Position numbers and translations under genes: made by a program. A stretch of DNA of 64,000 nucleotides, from NCBI GenBank assembly GCA_003164925.1, contig PLRV01000025.1, positions 22,755-86,754 on the forward strand. The letters are read 5' to 3'. Every line of letters begins with the position of its first letter. Within the stretch, counting starts at the first letter, position 1. The notes under the pieces are model-generated. The model was given only the letters and a program-made list of their open reading frames with translations. It was not told where the DNA came from and made no database searches. This DNA is from Caulobacteraceae bacterium (GTDB taxonomy: Bacteria; Pseudomonadota; Alphaproteobacteria; Caulobacterales; Caulobacteraceae). Below are positions 1-14,716 of the stretch, piece after piece.

Positions 1-158
1 GCGCCGATCTCGGAAACAACCGAAAGCGCCTGCCGCTTGGAGCTGGCGTTCACGCGGACGCCTATGGCGGTGCGATCCAGCAGATCACCGATATCCAAGG
101 ACTGCTGCTCCTGCCCTGATTCCGCGCCGCCGCGCATGCGGCCGCCTAACCAACCCAT
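1..158 (-). CDS. ptsN: PTS EIIA-Ntr (PtsN), N-terminal part; the gene runs off the left edge
   Basis: My minus-strand translation from ATG 158 (alternative ATG 137) reads MGWLGGRMRGGAESGQEQQSLDIGDLLDRTAIGVRVNASSKRQALSVVSEIG. The IGDLL...SKRQAL pattern is typical of the PtsN N-terminus. Its position downstream of hpf-rpoN matches the conserved rpoN operon. Confidence 0.6.
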   Translation of the reverse strand, partial: MGWLGGRMRGGAESGQEQQSLDIGDLLDRTAIGVRVNASSKRQALSVVSEIG

Positions 159-213
159 CTCCCCCGAAACCGCCGGCCAAGGCGCCTTGCGGGACGGCTT
201 GATCGTCGAGGCG

Positions 214-840
214 TCAGGCGCTCCCCACGAGGACTTGCGCCTTGGTCCTTTCAGGATCGACCCAACCGATATTCCCGTCGGGTCTGCGGTATACAACCGC
301 CAAGCCGCCATGGGCCGCGTTCCTAAACACAATTGCCTGGGACTCAGTCAAGTCCATCTCCATCACAGCCATGGAAACGGTCATGGTTTTCAGCAGCGCC
401 TGGGTCTCGGCGATAACCACGCCCTTGGGCGGCTCGTGCCGGTTGACCGACTCCTGCTCCGCCTCGTCCCAACCGTCGACCTCGTCCTCGCCCTCGGGCG
501 CGCGCAGCACGGTAATCTGCGCGAACTCGTCGGCGCGGGCTGGATGGTGGTGGTTCTTGAGTCGTCGTTTGTAGCGTCGGATGCGGGCCTCGATCTTGGT
601 CAAGGCGCCGTCGAAGGCGGTGTGGGCGTCCGCGCCCAGAGCGTGGCTCTCCAGCCCCTGCCCCGAGGCGAGCCGCACGGAGCAATCCACGCGGAAAGTA
701 TGGCCCGTTCGGCTGACGACCACGTCGGCGTCGCCGCCGCGCTCGAAATATTTGCCGATAGAAGCCACGAGTTCGTCGTTGATACGCGAGCGTAGCGCTT
801 CGCCGAGATCAACGTGTTTGCCGGAAATCTGCACCTTCAT
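214..840 (-). CDS. hpf: Ribosome hibernation promoting factor (long HPF / sigma-54 modulation protein)
   Basis: 208 aa with an ATG start. The N-terminus MKVQISGKHVDLGEALRSRI plus a C-terminal dimerisation domain fit long HPF. It lies directly downstream of rpoN. Confidence 0.9.
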   Translation of the reverse strand: MKVQISGKHVDLGEALRSRINDELVASIGKYFERGGDADVVVSRTGHTFRVDCSVRLASGQGLESHALGADAHTAFDGALTKIEARIRRYKRRLKNHHHPARADEFAQITVLRAPEGEDEVDGWDEAEQESVNRHEPPKGVVIAETQALLKTMTVSMAVMEMDLTESQAIVFRNAAHGGLAVVYRRPDGNIGWVDPERTKAQVLVGSA

Positions 841-905
841 GGATCAATGGCACACCCGGACGGACAGGGTGTCAAGCGCCGCGGCGCTCGTTCACAAGGC
901 TATGT

Positions 906-2426
906 TCAGCAGGCCTCGCGCAGTAGCCGGCGACGCTCCACCGAAGAGGGGATGCGCATGGCCTCCCGATACTTGGCCACCGTGCGGCGGGCGATATCCA
1001 CCCCGGCTTCATTGAGAATCTCGACGATCCGGTCGTCCGACAGCACGGCGTCGACCACCGCCTCCGTTTCGATCAGTTGCTTGATGCGGTGGCGCACGCT
1101 TTCGGCTGAATGGGCCTCGCCGCCCTCAGAGGAAGCAATGGCCGAGGTGAAAAAGAACTTCATCTCGAACACCCCGCGCGGGGTGGCCATATATTTGTTG
1201 CAGGTCACCCGGCTGACGGTGGATTCGTGCATGCCGATGGCGTCGGCCACGGTCTTCAGATTCAGCGGCCGCAGGTGCTCCACGCCGAAAGCCAGGAAGC
1301 CGTCCTGCTGACGCACAATCTCGCTGGCCACCTTGAGGATAGTCTTGGCCCTTTGGTCCAGACTGCGGATCAGCCAGGAGGCGGAGGCCATGCAGTCCGA
1401 CAGGAAGGTCTTCTCCTGCTCGGTGCGCGCGCCGCCCGCCACCAGGGCGTGGTAACGCTGGTCCACCAGAAGCCTGGGCAGAGCGTCGCTGTTGAGTTCC
1501 ACGCGCCAAAGCCCGCCCTGACCCTCGCGCACGAACACGTCCGGCGTGACAGGACTGACGGGCTCGGAGCCGAAAGCGGCGCCCGGGCGGGGCGTCAGGG
1601 CGCGCAACTCCGCCAGCATGTCGCGCAGGTCTTCATCGTCCACCGCGCAGGCCCGGCGCAGGCCGGCCATGTCCCGCTTGGCCAGCAGCTCCAGATTGTC
1701 GAGCAGGGCCGCCATGGCCGGGTCGAAGCGATCGCGCTCCTTGAGTTGCAGCATCAGGCATTCGCGCACGTCGCGGGCGAACACGCCGGTCGGCTCGAAG
1801 CCCTGCAGCTTGAAAAGCACCGCCTCGACCCGCTCGATCGGCACGCCCAGCCGATCGGCAAGATCGGCCAGGTCGGCCCTGAGATAGCCGCCCTCATCCA
1901 CCGCGTCGATCAGCACGGCCGCCACCGCGCTGTCGGCATGGCTGAATCCGGCCAGGGCCGCTTGGTCCACGAGATGCTCGGTCAGGGTCTTGGCCCGGCT
2001 CAGCGAGCCTTCCAGATCGTCCGCGCCGTCGAACGAGCCTCCGGACCCGGCGCGCGACCAGTCCACCGTCCCGCCGGCGTCCGCCGCCTTGGCCTGCTCG
2101 CCGGATTCTCCGCTCAGCCGCTCGCCCGGCGAGGCGTCGCCGTACAGGTCGCCATCGGCCGCGTCCATTTCCGCCGTCTTATGTTGATCGGACGGCTCGC
2201 TATCGCCGGAGTCATCGAACGTCGCTTCAATGGGCCGCTCGTCGGGAGCGACGACTTCAGCCTCGCTCTCCTCGCGCTGAAGCAAGGGATTGCGTTCGAG
2301 CTCGGCGTCGACATAGGCCTCCAGTTCCACGCCGGACAGCTGCAGCAGCTTGATGGCCTGCTGCAGCTGAGGCGTGATGACCAGGCTCTGGCCTTGCCTG
2401 AGTTCAAGACGCGCCGAGAGCGCCAT
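906..2426 (-). CDS. rpoN: RNA polymerase sigma-54 factor
   Basis: 506 aa. N-terminus MALSARLELRQGQSLVITPQLQQAIKLLQLS, and an RpoN box ARRTVAKYRE near the C-terminus. Confidence 0.95.
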   Translation of the reverse strand: MALSARLELRQGQSLVITPQLQQAIKLLQLSGVELEAYVDAELERNPLLQREESEAEVVAPDERPIEATFDDSGDSEPSDQHKTAEMDAADGDLYGDASPGERLSGESGEQAKAADAGGTVDWSRAGSGGSFDGADDLEGSLSRAKTLTEHLVDQAALAGFSHADSAVAAVLIDAVDEGGYLRADLADLADRLGVPIERVEAVLFKLQGFEPTGVFARDVRECLMLQLKERDRFDPAMAALLDNLELLAKRDMAGLRRACAVDDEDLRDMLAELRALTPRPGAAFGSEPVSPVTPDVFVREGQGGLWRVELNSDALPRLLVDQRYHALVAGGARTEQEKTFLSDCMASASWLIRSLDQRAKTILKVASEIVRQQDGFLAFGVEHLRPLNLKTVADAIGMHESTVSRVTCNKYMATPRGVFEMKFFFTSAIASSEGGEAHSAESVRHRIKQLIETEAVVDAVLSDDRIVEILNEAGVDIARRTVAKYREAMRIPSSVERRRLLREAC

Positions 2427-2541
2427 ACGCGGTCAACCTCCGGGAATCACCGTTCATGAAAGGTGATTTTGGCGGCCATTCCTGAAGGGAACCTAAACTT
2501 GGAACGTTTTTTGCAGGACGCGCGGTCCCCTGCCTGAGGGC

Positions 2542-3369
2542 CTAGTCGAACGACCAGCGCCCATCGCGAAAGTCGAACGACCAGACATGGCCGCGCATCA
2601 GGTTGGAGCCCAAGATCAGGTCGGGGAAGTTCGGGGTCTCGGCCTTAGGCGCGGACATATCGACGGCGACCACCGGAAGGCTGTCAATGGCGCGGCCGCA
2701 AACCGCAAAGGCCTTCATCAGATACAGTCGAGCATGCAGGCCGGAGGAGGTGGAATCGTCGCCGGGCGGCATGTCTTTGATATAGGTGAACAGGCTCGGA
2801 TGGGCGGCGACATAGGCCGCGTCGGCTACGGTGATGCTCGCTCCCGTGTCCCATCCGACCGTGATCGGCTGACCGGCGAGCGTGGCCGGCAAGCGGATCA
2901 GCTCGTCAGCGGCGAACCGGCCTGGGCAAGCTGGGCCCTCCGGCGGGCCACGCAACAGCTCGAACCTGCGGAAATCGAAGATCACCGTCTGAAGACCGCG
3001 GAAAAAGCCGAGGCCGAGCGTGGAATAGGCCTGGGGCCGCGAACTGCGCTGAACGTTTGAGACGTCCTTCAGCACGAGTTCGCCGGCGGACAGTGCGCTG
3101 ACGCGCACCACATCGGATGTCACCACCACGCCCGCGACGCCCATGGCTCGTTTGGTCTGTATGACCGGCAATGCGGCGAAGACCGGCAGGGGCCTCAAGG
3201 TGGCCGTGGCGTTATCGCCGGAATCCAGCTGGCAAACCTCGTCCATCCCATCGATTTTGCAGGCGATGACGAAGGCGTTCTTGGAGTCGATCATGAAGGG
3301 AGCGGCAAGCGCCGGGACGCCAGTCGAAACAACGAGCGCCCCTGCGATGACCACGGCCCGGACCGTCAC
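2542..3369 (-). CDS. Secreted retropepsin-like (two-lobed) aspartyl protease
   Basis: 275 aa with a GTG start and a signal peptide (VVIAGALVVSTGVPALAAP). It has two aspartyl-protease-like motifs, CQLDSGDNAT and VGWDTGASITV. Confidence 0.55.
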   Translation of the reverse strand: MTVRAVVIAGALVVSTGVPALAAPFMIDSKNAFVIACKIDGMDEVCQLDSGDNATATLRPLPVFAALPVIQTKRAMGVAGVVVTSDVVRVSALSAGELVLKDVSNVQRSSRPQAYSTLGLGFFRGLQTVIFDFRRFELLRGPPEGPACPGRFAADELIRLPATLAGQPITVGWDTGASITVADAAYVAAHPSLFTYIKDMPPGDDSTSSGLHARLYLMKAFAVCGRAIDSLPVVAVDMSAPKAETPNFPDLILGSNLMRGHVWSFDFRDGRWSFD

Positions 3370-3372
3370 CGG

Positions 3373-4128
3373 TCAGCCGAACCTGTCGCCCAGATAGACC
3401 CGGCGCACTTCAGGGTCGGCCAGGATTTCTTCGGCCGAGCCTTCGAACAGGACCTCGCCGCCGTGGATAATCGAGGCGCGGTCGATGATCTCCAACGTCT
3501 CGCGCACATTGTGGTCGGTGATGAGGATGCCAATGCCGCGCGTTTTAAGATAGGCGATCACATCACGGATGTCGGTGATGGCCAAAGGATCGATACCGGC
3601 AAACGGTTCGTCCAACAGCATGAACGAAGGCTCCGACGCCAAGGCGCGGGCGATCTCCACCCGGCGCCGCTCACCGCCGGACAGAGCCACCGCCGGCGAA
3701 GCGCGCAGGTGGGCTATGTGGAGCTCCTCCAGTAGCTCGGTCACCGTTTGCTTGACCTTGGAGCGGTCGCGTTCGTGCAGCTCCACCACCGCGGTGACGT
3801 TCTGCTCCACCGTCATGCCGCGGAAGATCGAGGTTTCCTGCGGCAGATAGCCGATGCCCATGCGCGCGCGCTGGTACATGGGCTGGGCCGTCACATCCAC
3901 GCCGTCCAGATAGATGGAGCCATAGTCGGCGGGGATCAGGCCGGTGATCATGTAGAAGCAGGTGGTCTTGCCCGCGCCGTTGGGACCCAGCAGGCCGGCC
4001 ACCTCGCCGCGCGCCAGGCGCAGGCTCACGCTCTTGACCACCGCGCGGGCGCCGAAGGATTTTCCGATCGTGTCGACGAACAGGCCGTCGGTCACGACCT
4101 CGGGGGATGCAAAGGCCGAATGCTTCAT
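3373..4128 (-). CDS. lptB: LPS export ABC transporter ATP-binding protein
   Basis: Walker A GPNGAGKTT, ABC signature LSGGERRRVEIARAL, Walker B FMLLDEPFAGIDP. It is syntenic with lptA/lptC/rpoN. ATG at 4128; the track start at 4131 is GTG. Confidence 0.95.
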   Translation of the reverse strand: MKHSAFASPEVVTDGLFVDTIGKSFGARAVVKSVSLRLARGEVAGLLGPNGAGKTTCFYMITGLIPADYGSIYLDGVDVTAQPMYQRARMGIGYLPQETSIFRGMTVEQNVTAVVELHERDRSKVKQTVTELLEELHIAHLRASPAVALSGGERRRVEIARALASEPSFMLLDEPFAGIDPLAITDIRDVIAYLKTRGIGILITDHNVRETLEIIDRASIIHGGEVLFEGSAEEILADPEVRRVYLGDRFG

Positions 4129-4213
4129 CACGACCCAAATGACCCCGCGCCGCCACGCTTGGCAACTGCGCTGTCGTAGGCGTTTTGTGGCGCTGCGGCG
4201 AGCCGGCGAAGCC

Positions 4214-4897
4214 TCATGGCTTGGCCGGGGCCGGTCTCGGCGGCGGCGCGACGGCTGTGGCGGCGGGAGACGTCCCCTGGGCGGGGGGCGGCGCCGAAGC
4301 GCCTGCGGCAGGCGCTGTGGCGGTCTTGGCGTTGTAGAACACGCCGCGCACGCGTTCAGGGTGATTGCGGCCCTGAACGTTGGAGACGACGTTGGCGTGG
4401 TTGGTTTTTTCGTCGATCACCAGGGTGTCGCCCTTGACCACGTTCTGCCCCTGAACCAGGACCACGTTGCCGGTCATGGTGATGATGTCCGGCACGGCTT
4501 CGTAGACGGCGTGGTCGCCCCGCGCGGTCTGGTCCTTGGAGACGTAGAAGACGTGGCCGTCGGCCACCACCCGTTCAACGTCGCCCCAGTCCGAACCCAC
4601 GGCTCCGCCGGCCGCGGGAGCCGCCGGCGCACCCGGCGAAGGCTTGCCGGAGAAATAGACGTTGAGCACGTCCGAGACGAGGCGGTTGCCGTCCTGCAAG
4701 GCTTCGACATTGCCGCGCCAGATCGCCAGGTGCTGAGCGTCGACCATCTCCAGCTGATCGGCTGTGACGTCCATGGGGCCCTTACCGGAGGCAAGCTGCG
4801 CGTGCGCGCCGCCAGCCAGGGCGAAGACCGACAGGCACGTCCAAGCCGCCAGAGGAACTTTCCAAAACCGTCTCATCGGACCCTCTTGCCCCGTCAT
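4214..4897 (-). CDS. lptA: LPS transport periplasmic protein LptA (OstA fold) with an Ala/Pro-rich tail
   Basis: Signal peptide followed by an OstA-like repeat pattern (ADQLEMVDAQHLAIWRGNVEALQDGNRL...). The start ATG overlaps the lptC stop as ATGA. ATG 4876 is an alternative start. Confidence 0.8.
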   Translation of the reverse strand: MTGQEGPMRRFWKVPLAAWTCLSVFALAGGAHAQLASGKGPMDVTADQLEMVDAQHLAIWRGNVEALQDGNRLVSDVLNVYFSGKPSPGAPAAPAAGGAVGSDWGDVERVVADGHVFYVSKDQTARGDHAVYEAVPDIITMTGNVVLVQGQNVVKGDTLVIDEKTNHANVVSNVQGRNHPERVRGVFYNAKTATAPAAGASAPPPAQGTSPAATAVAPPPRPAPAKP

Positions 4898-5577
4898 CGC
4901 GGCCCCTTTAGGGCGCCCCCGCCCGATCCGCTCTGGATTATATGCGCCTTCACATGCCCGTAGAAAAAGACATGAGCCCCGTTCTCGTGCACCGCATAGG
5001 CGTCTGACGAGACACGGCCAAAGGCGCCGGCTCCATCGATATGCGCCTGGCCCGCCACATCATTGGTGGCGGTGTTGGCCACCGCGTGGGAGGTGACAAA
5101 ATCATCGGTGGCGTCGCGCAGGTGCACATTGCCGTCCAGCGTCAGCATGTGGGTGTCCTCACGATAGACGCCCCGGTTGGCGTTCGCCTCGGTGCGATCG
5201 GAGACGGCCGAGCCCAGCACCGCCGTCGGCTGCTGCAGGTAGATGATCTGCGGCGTCTGGGAATCGCGCACCGCCAGGGACGCGCCGACGAAGAAGGGCT
5301 TCCCCCCCTGGTCGCGGCCCATGAATTTAGGATTGACCATGCGGATGGCCATGTTGGCTATGCGCGATGCGGCGGACATGCGCAAAAGCACGGTATTGAC
5401 CCCCGCCCAGACGGCCAGGCCCAGCACCAACACCACGATGAGCGCCGGCAGGGCCCGCCGCGCGATCCATACCCGGCGCGAATGAAGGCGCCAGCGCTCC
5501 AGGCTGCGCGCGCGCCGCTCCGGATCGAACTTGGCCATGGCCGGGCGGTAGACATGCTCAGCTGTGGGCGAAGACAT
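4894..5577 (-). CDS. lptC: LPS export system protein LptC-like (membrane anchored)
   Basis: One N-terminal TM segment (ALPALIVVLVLGLAVWAGV) followed by a beta-jellyroll-like periplasmic domain. It sits upstream of lptA-lptB. Confidence 0.65.
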   Translation of the reverse strand: MSSPTAEHVYRPAMAKFDPERRARSLERWRLHSRRVWIARRALPALIVVLVLGLAVWAGVNTVLLRMSAASRIANMAIRMVNPKFMGRDQGGKPFFVGASLAVRDSQTPQIIYLQQPTAVLGSAVSDRTEANANRGVYREDTHMLTLDGNVHLRDATDDFVTSHAVANTATNDVAGQAHIDGAGAFGRVSSDAYAVHENGAHVFFYGHVKAHIIQSGSGGGALKGPR

Positions 5578-6172
5578 CGATGTCCTCCCAGCCGGCGAGG
5601 TCTAGGCCCGCCCGCCACGGAAGGAAATCGAAACAGGCCTTGGCCAGCTCAGCACGGCCCTCGCGGGCCAGCATGTCGTCGAGCTTGGCCTTAAGGGCGT
5701 GCAGATGCAGCACGTCGGAGGCGGCGTAGTTGACCTGATCCTGAGTCAGATTGGCGGCGCCCCAATCGGAGGACTGTTGCGCCTTGGACAGGTCCACGCC
5801 CAAAAGCTCACGGGTCAGGTCCTTCAGGCCGTGCCTGTCGGTATAGGTGCGCGCCAGCTTGGAAGCGATCTTGGTGCAGTAGACCGGCGCGCACGCCACG
5901 CCCAGGTGCAGCCGGACCATGGCGATATCGAAGCGGCCGAAGTGGAAGATCTTCAGCACCGCCGGGTCGGCCAGCAGGCGCTTCAGATTGGGGCAATCGT
6001 AGCCGGGGCGGCCAAGGCGGACCACATGAGCATCGCCATCCCCGGCGGACAGTTGCACCACGCACAGCGGATCGCGACCCAGCCTGAGGCCCATGGTCTC
6101 GGTATCGACAGCAACCGCGGCGCCGAAAAAGATGTCAGCGGGAAGATCGCCTTCATGCAGGAAGTTGGTCAC
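5558..6172 (-). CDS. DEDD-family 3'-5' exonuclease (small RNase D-like)
   Basis: Exo motifs VAVDTETMGL, FHFGRFD and YAASDVLHL. The track ORF runs up to 6298 but overlaps tRNA-Leu. GTG at 6172 is the first plausible start downstream of the tRNA. Confidence 0.75.
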   Translation of the reverse strand: MTNFLHEGDLPADIFFGAAVAVDTETMGLRLGRDPLCVVQLSAGDGDAHVVRLGRPGYDCPNLKRLLADPAVLKIFHFGRFDIAMVRLHLGVACAPVYCTKIASKLARTYTDRHGLKDLTRELLGVDLSKAQQSSDWGAANLTQDQVNYAASDVLHLHALKAKLDDMLAREGRAELAKACFDFLPWRAGLDLAGWEDIDVFAHS

Positions 6173-6207
6173 GGATTCTTGCGACTCCTGCGATCTACTC
6201 AGGGCAC

Positions 6208-6294
<87 letters not shown>

Positions 6295-6456
6295 CCAATC
6301 CTTGCCGGATCGGCGCGAGCGGCCCTGATAGGGCGCCGACCTTCCGCGGTCAATAACCCCTTGCTACGGAGATTGCGCCCATGGGCCGGCTCGTCTATCC
6401 CGAATATCGGCGCCGCAGTGCGGCGCGGACGTGTCTGGCGGATGGGACTTGGGTCT

Positions 6457-7437
6457 ATGCAAGGACTAGTGACGGTTTTCGGCGGATCGGGCTTCATCGG
6501 CAATCAGGTGACGCGCGCCCTGGCTCGGGCGGGATATCGCATCCGGGTGGCGGTGCGCCGACCGGGCCTGGGCTACAAGTTGCCGCTGATGGGCGACGTG
6601 GGCCAGGTCGAAGTGGTTCAGGCCAATCTCCGCAACCCCGCCTCCATCGGCCGCGCCCTGGACGGGGCCGAGGCCTGCGTCAACCTGGTGGGCTTGCTTT
6701 ACGAGACCGGCCGCCAGCGCTTCGCCGGCCTGCACGCCGAGGGCGCCAAGGAGATCGCGGCGGCCTGCGCAGCGCGCGGGATCACGCGCCTGGTGCAGAT
6801 GTCGGCCCTGGGCGCGGACCCGAACTCGCTCTCAAAATACGCGCGAACCAAGGCCGAGGGAGAAGCGGCGGTGCGCAAGCTTGCGCCCCAGGCGGTGATC
6901 CTGCGCCCGTCGGTGGTGTTCGGCGTGGATGACCAGTTCTTCAACCGTTTCGCGGCCCTGGCCTCGCTCCTGCCGGTCATGCCCTTGCCCGGCGGGGGAG
7001 CCACGCGGTTCCAGCCGGTATTCGTGGGCGATTTGGCCGCGGCCGTTGTCGCGGCCGTGCGCGACCCGGCCGCGGCCGGCAAGACCTTCGAAATCGGCGG
7101 ACCTGAGGTCTATACCTATCGCCAGATCATCGAGATGACCTTGGCGCAGATTCAAAAGTCGCGCCCGCTCCTGTCCCTGCCCTGGCCCCTGGCCAAGCTG
7201 GTCGGCCGGGTCGGCGACCTGCAGGCCAAGCTCCTGCCTTTCGCGCCGGTGCTGACCTCCGATCAGGTGGAACTGCTACGGAAGGACAGTGTGGTCGACC
7301 CCAAGGCGCCCGGCCTCAAAGCCCTGGGCGTGACCGAGCCGGTCGCGGCCGAGGCGATCATTTCGACCTATCTGTATCGCTATCGCCGCGGCGGTCAGTT
7401 CGCCGGGGCGACGGTAGTGTCCGGCTCGGAGGCTTAA
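6457..7437 (+). CDS. NAD(P)-binding SDR, complex I NDUFA9-like / NmrA-like
   Basis: Rossmann motif VFGGSGFIGNQV immediately after ATG 6457. Length about 326 aa. Confidence 0.75.
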   Translation: MQGLVTVFGGSGFIGNQVTRALARAGYRIRVAVRRPGLGYKLPLMGDVGQVEVVQANLRNPASIGRALDGAEACVNLVGLLYETGRQRFAGLHAEGAKEIAAACAARGITRLVQMSALGADPNSLSKYARTKAEGEAAVRKLAPQAVILRPSVVFGVDDQFFNRFAALASLLPVMPLPGGGATRFQPVFVGDLAAAVVAAVRDPAAAGKTFEIGGPEVYTYRQIIEMTLAQIQKSRPLLSLPWPLAKLVGRVGDLQAKLLPFAPVLTSDQVELLRKDSVVDPKAPGLKALGVTEPVAAEAIISTYLYRYRRGGQFAGATVVSGSEA

Positions 7438-7495
7438 ACGGCTCTATTCACGAGACTTGGCGCGCCGTTCCTGAAGAATAGCGGGGGGTCCGGCC

Positions 7496-8368
7496 TCAGC
7501 GGAGGAGACCGGCGAACGAGGCGGCGATCAGCGCGATCCCGAGCACGGCCCGATAGATGACAAACGGCCATGACGAGAACCGCTCCAGGACGCGCATAAG
7601 AGTCCAGATGGCCAGGAAGGACGACAGCGCGCCGAAGACCAGACCGACCGAAAGCACGGCCCAGCCGTGCCCCGACAGGTGGGCTTTATGCAATTCCCAA
7701 ACCTCCTTGGCGCCGGCCAGGGCGATGGCCGGCAGACCGAGCAGGAATGAAAAGCGCGCCGCCTCATCCCGCTGAAACCCCAGCCCGAGCGCCGCGGTAA
7801 GGGTCGAGCCCGACCGGGACACTCCGGGGATCAAGGCTCCGATTTGCGCGAGGCCGACGACGAGCGCGTCCGGAAGACGGGCTGAGGCCATCGTCCTTCT
7901 GTGCCGAGCGGCGACTTCCGCCCAAGCCAAGAGACAAGCCATGACGAGGCAGGCCACCCCGATAGCCGGGAGCGACCGCAGGGGCGAATTGCAGGCGTTG
8001 AGGACAGGGGCAAGCAGCATGCCGGCCAACCCAATAGGGATCGTGGCCAGGATGATGAGCCCGCTCATCCGCAAATGCGGATCGTCGAACCGGCGTTGAC
8101 CTAGGGCGCGCAGCGAGCCGCCAGCAATCTGGGACACGTCCCGCCAGAAATATGTGACGACCGCGAGTAAGGCGGCGGACTGCATTGCGGCCGAGAATGC
8201 TGCGCCAGGGTCGGGCCAGCCGAGCAGGGCGGGAACGACGCGCATGTGCGCCGTGGATGAGATTGGCAGCAGTTCAGTGACGCCCTGAACAACCCCCAGG
8301 AACGCGACCTTGCCGAACCCAAGTCCGGCGAAGCCGACATCCACTCCACGACAGACGTCCGCCACCAT
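7496..8368 (-). CDS. uppP: Undecaprenyl-diphosphate phosphatase
   Basis: Polytopic membrane protein carrying the BacA/UppP motifs GVVQGVTELLPISSTAH and PGVSRSGSTLT. A strong SD (GGAGG) precedes ATG 8368. Confidence 0.9.
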   Translation of the reverse strand: MVADVCRGVDVGFAGLGFGKVAFLGVVQGVTELLPISSTAHMRVVPALLGWPDPGAAFSAAMQSAALLAVVTYFWRDVSQIAGGSLRALGQRRFDDPHLRMSGLIILATIPIGLAGMLLAPVLNACNSPLRSLPAIGVACLVMACLLAWAEVAARHRRTMASARLPDALVVGLAQIGALIPGVSRSGSTLTAALGLGFQRDEAARFSFLLGLPAIALAGAKEVWELHKAHLSGHGWAVLSVGLVFGALSSFLAIWTLMRVLERFSSWPFVIYRAVLGIALIAASFAGLLR

Positions 8369-8720
8369 ACCCTCCTACTGCTCCGCCTGCTTTTCGTGGA
8401 GGAATAGAGCCGTCCAAGCAAGGCGATTTGAGCCAACGCAGCAACTTGATGAAGCCTTCTCCCAAGCCAAGATAATGGCGTTCAGCCAGTCGTCATCGGA
8501 TGCCTTTCAGCTGCAGGGCATGAACTCGCTCGTTTGGGGTAAACGCCAAATAAATCCACAAAGTGGACTATATCACCCAAGGCAAAGCTCGGGCGATTCA
8601 GGAAAACGACCATGGTGTGGATAAACAAGTCCATATCATGGACCATTTGGTTGCAATTATTTCCAAAGCCCTTATACCGCTGGAACATCAAACGCGGTCT
8701 CCACTGCCGGGGCGAGGGCC

Positions 8721-10159
8721 ATGGCCGAACGTATGCTCAAATTCGTGTCCGTTGCCCGAAAGACGCCCGAAAAGCGCGAGGCGGAGGTCAGAACGGGCGA
8801 TTTTCACGAGATTTACGCCGACTTTATCGAAGCCAAGGCCAAGGAGCAGGCCTCGCGCTGCTCTCAATGCGGCATACCGTTCTGCCAGACCCACTGCCCC
8901 CTGCATAACAATATCCCCGACTGGCTGAGGATGACGGCCGAGGGCCGGCTGCAGGAAGCCTATGAACTGTCGCAAGCCACCAGCGCCCTACCGGAAGTGT
9001 GCGGCCGCATCTGCCCCCAGGACCGGCTTTGCGAGGGCAGCTGCGTGATCGAGCAGTCCGGCCACGGCACAGTCACCATCGGCTCGGTCGAGCGCTATAT
9101 CAATGACAAGGCGTGGGAGATGGGCTGGGTCAAGCCGCTCGCCCCCCTGCATGAGCGCCCCCAATCGGTGGGGATCATCGGCTCGGGCCCGGCGGGCCTG
9201 GCCGCGGCCGACGGCCTGCGCGCGCGCGGATTCCAGGTCACGGTGTACGACAGGCATGACCGGGCCGGCGGACTTCTGATCTACGGCATTCCCGGCTTCA
9301 AACTGGAAAAGGAAGTGGTCGAGCGACGCACCCGCCGCCTGGCGGAGGGCGGCGTTGAATTCCGCCTGGACTTCGAGGTCGGCGGCCAAGCCAGCCTGGA
9401 TGAATTGCGGGCGCGCCATGACGCCATCCTCATCTGCACCGGCGTGTACAAGGCGCGCGAACTGACCGCCCCCGGCGCGGGCTCCAAGGGCGTGGTCAAG
9501 GCGCTCGACTATCTGATCGCCTCCAACAAGACGGGCCTGGGCGATGTGGTGCCGGAATTCGAGTCCGGCGAACTGAACGCGACCGACAAGGACGTGGTCG
9601 TCATCGGCGGCGGCGACACCGCCATGGACTGCGTGCGCACCGCCGTTCGCCAGGGCGCCCGCTCGGTCACCTGCCTTTATCGCCGCGACAAGGCCAATAT
9701 GCCCGGGTCCATGCGCGAGGTGAGCAACGCCGAGGAAGAAGGCGTCAAGTTCGAATGGCTTGCCGCGCCCCGCTCGATCCTGGGCGAAGCCGGCGGCGCC
9801 GCCGGCGTGCGCGCCGTTCGCATGCGCTTGGGCTCGCCCGACGCCTCGGGCCGCCAGACTCCGGAAGAAACGCCCGGTTCGGATTTCGACATCCCCGCCG
9901 ACCTGGTGATCAAGGCCCTGGGCTTCGATCCCGAAGACCTGCCCGGCCTGTTCGGCGCACCCGAACTGAAGGTGTCGCGCTGGGGCACCATTCGCGCCGA
10001 TTTCAAGACCATGATGACCAGCCTGGACGGCGTGTTCGCCGCCGGCGACATCGTGCGCGGCGCTTCGCTGGTGGTGTGGGCGATCCGCGACGGACGCGAC
10101 GCGGTGGATGCTATCACCGCCTACCTTGAGGCCAAAGCGCCCGCCCTGGCGGCCGCGGA

Positions 10160-10163
<4 letters not shown>
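8721..10163 (+). CDS. gltD: Glutamate synthase small subunit (NADPH)
   Basis: Fe-S Cys clusters (CSQCGIPFCQTHCP, CGRICPQDRLCEGSC) and an FAD/NAD fold GIIGSGPAGLAAA. Confidence 0.95.

Positions 10164-14715
<4,552 letters not shown>

Positions 14716-14716
<1 letters not shown>

Noticed and set aside
1110-2459. 449-aa plus-strand ORF
   Set aside because: It is entirely antisense to rpoN, which has unmistakable sigma-54 motifs. The product is Arg/Gly/Ala/His-rich, typical of a high-GC shadow ORF.
3962-4963. 333-aa plus-strand ORF
   Set aside because: It is antisense to lptB and lptA. It has Arg/Gly-rich low-complexity sequence (GRGRSRRRRDGCGGGRRP) and no motif.
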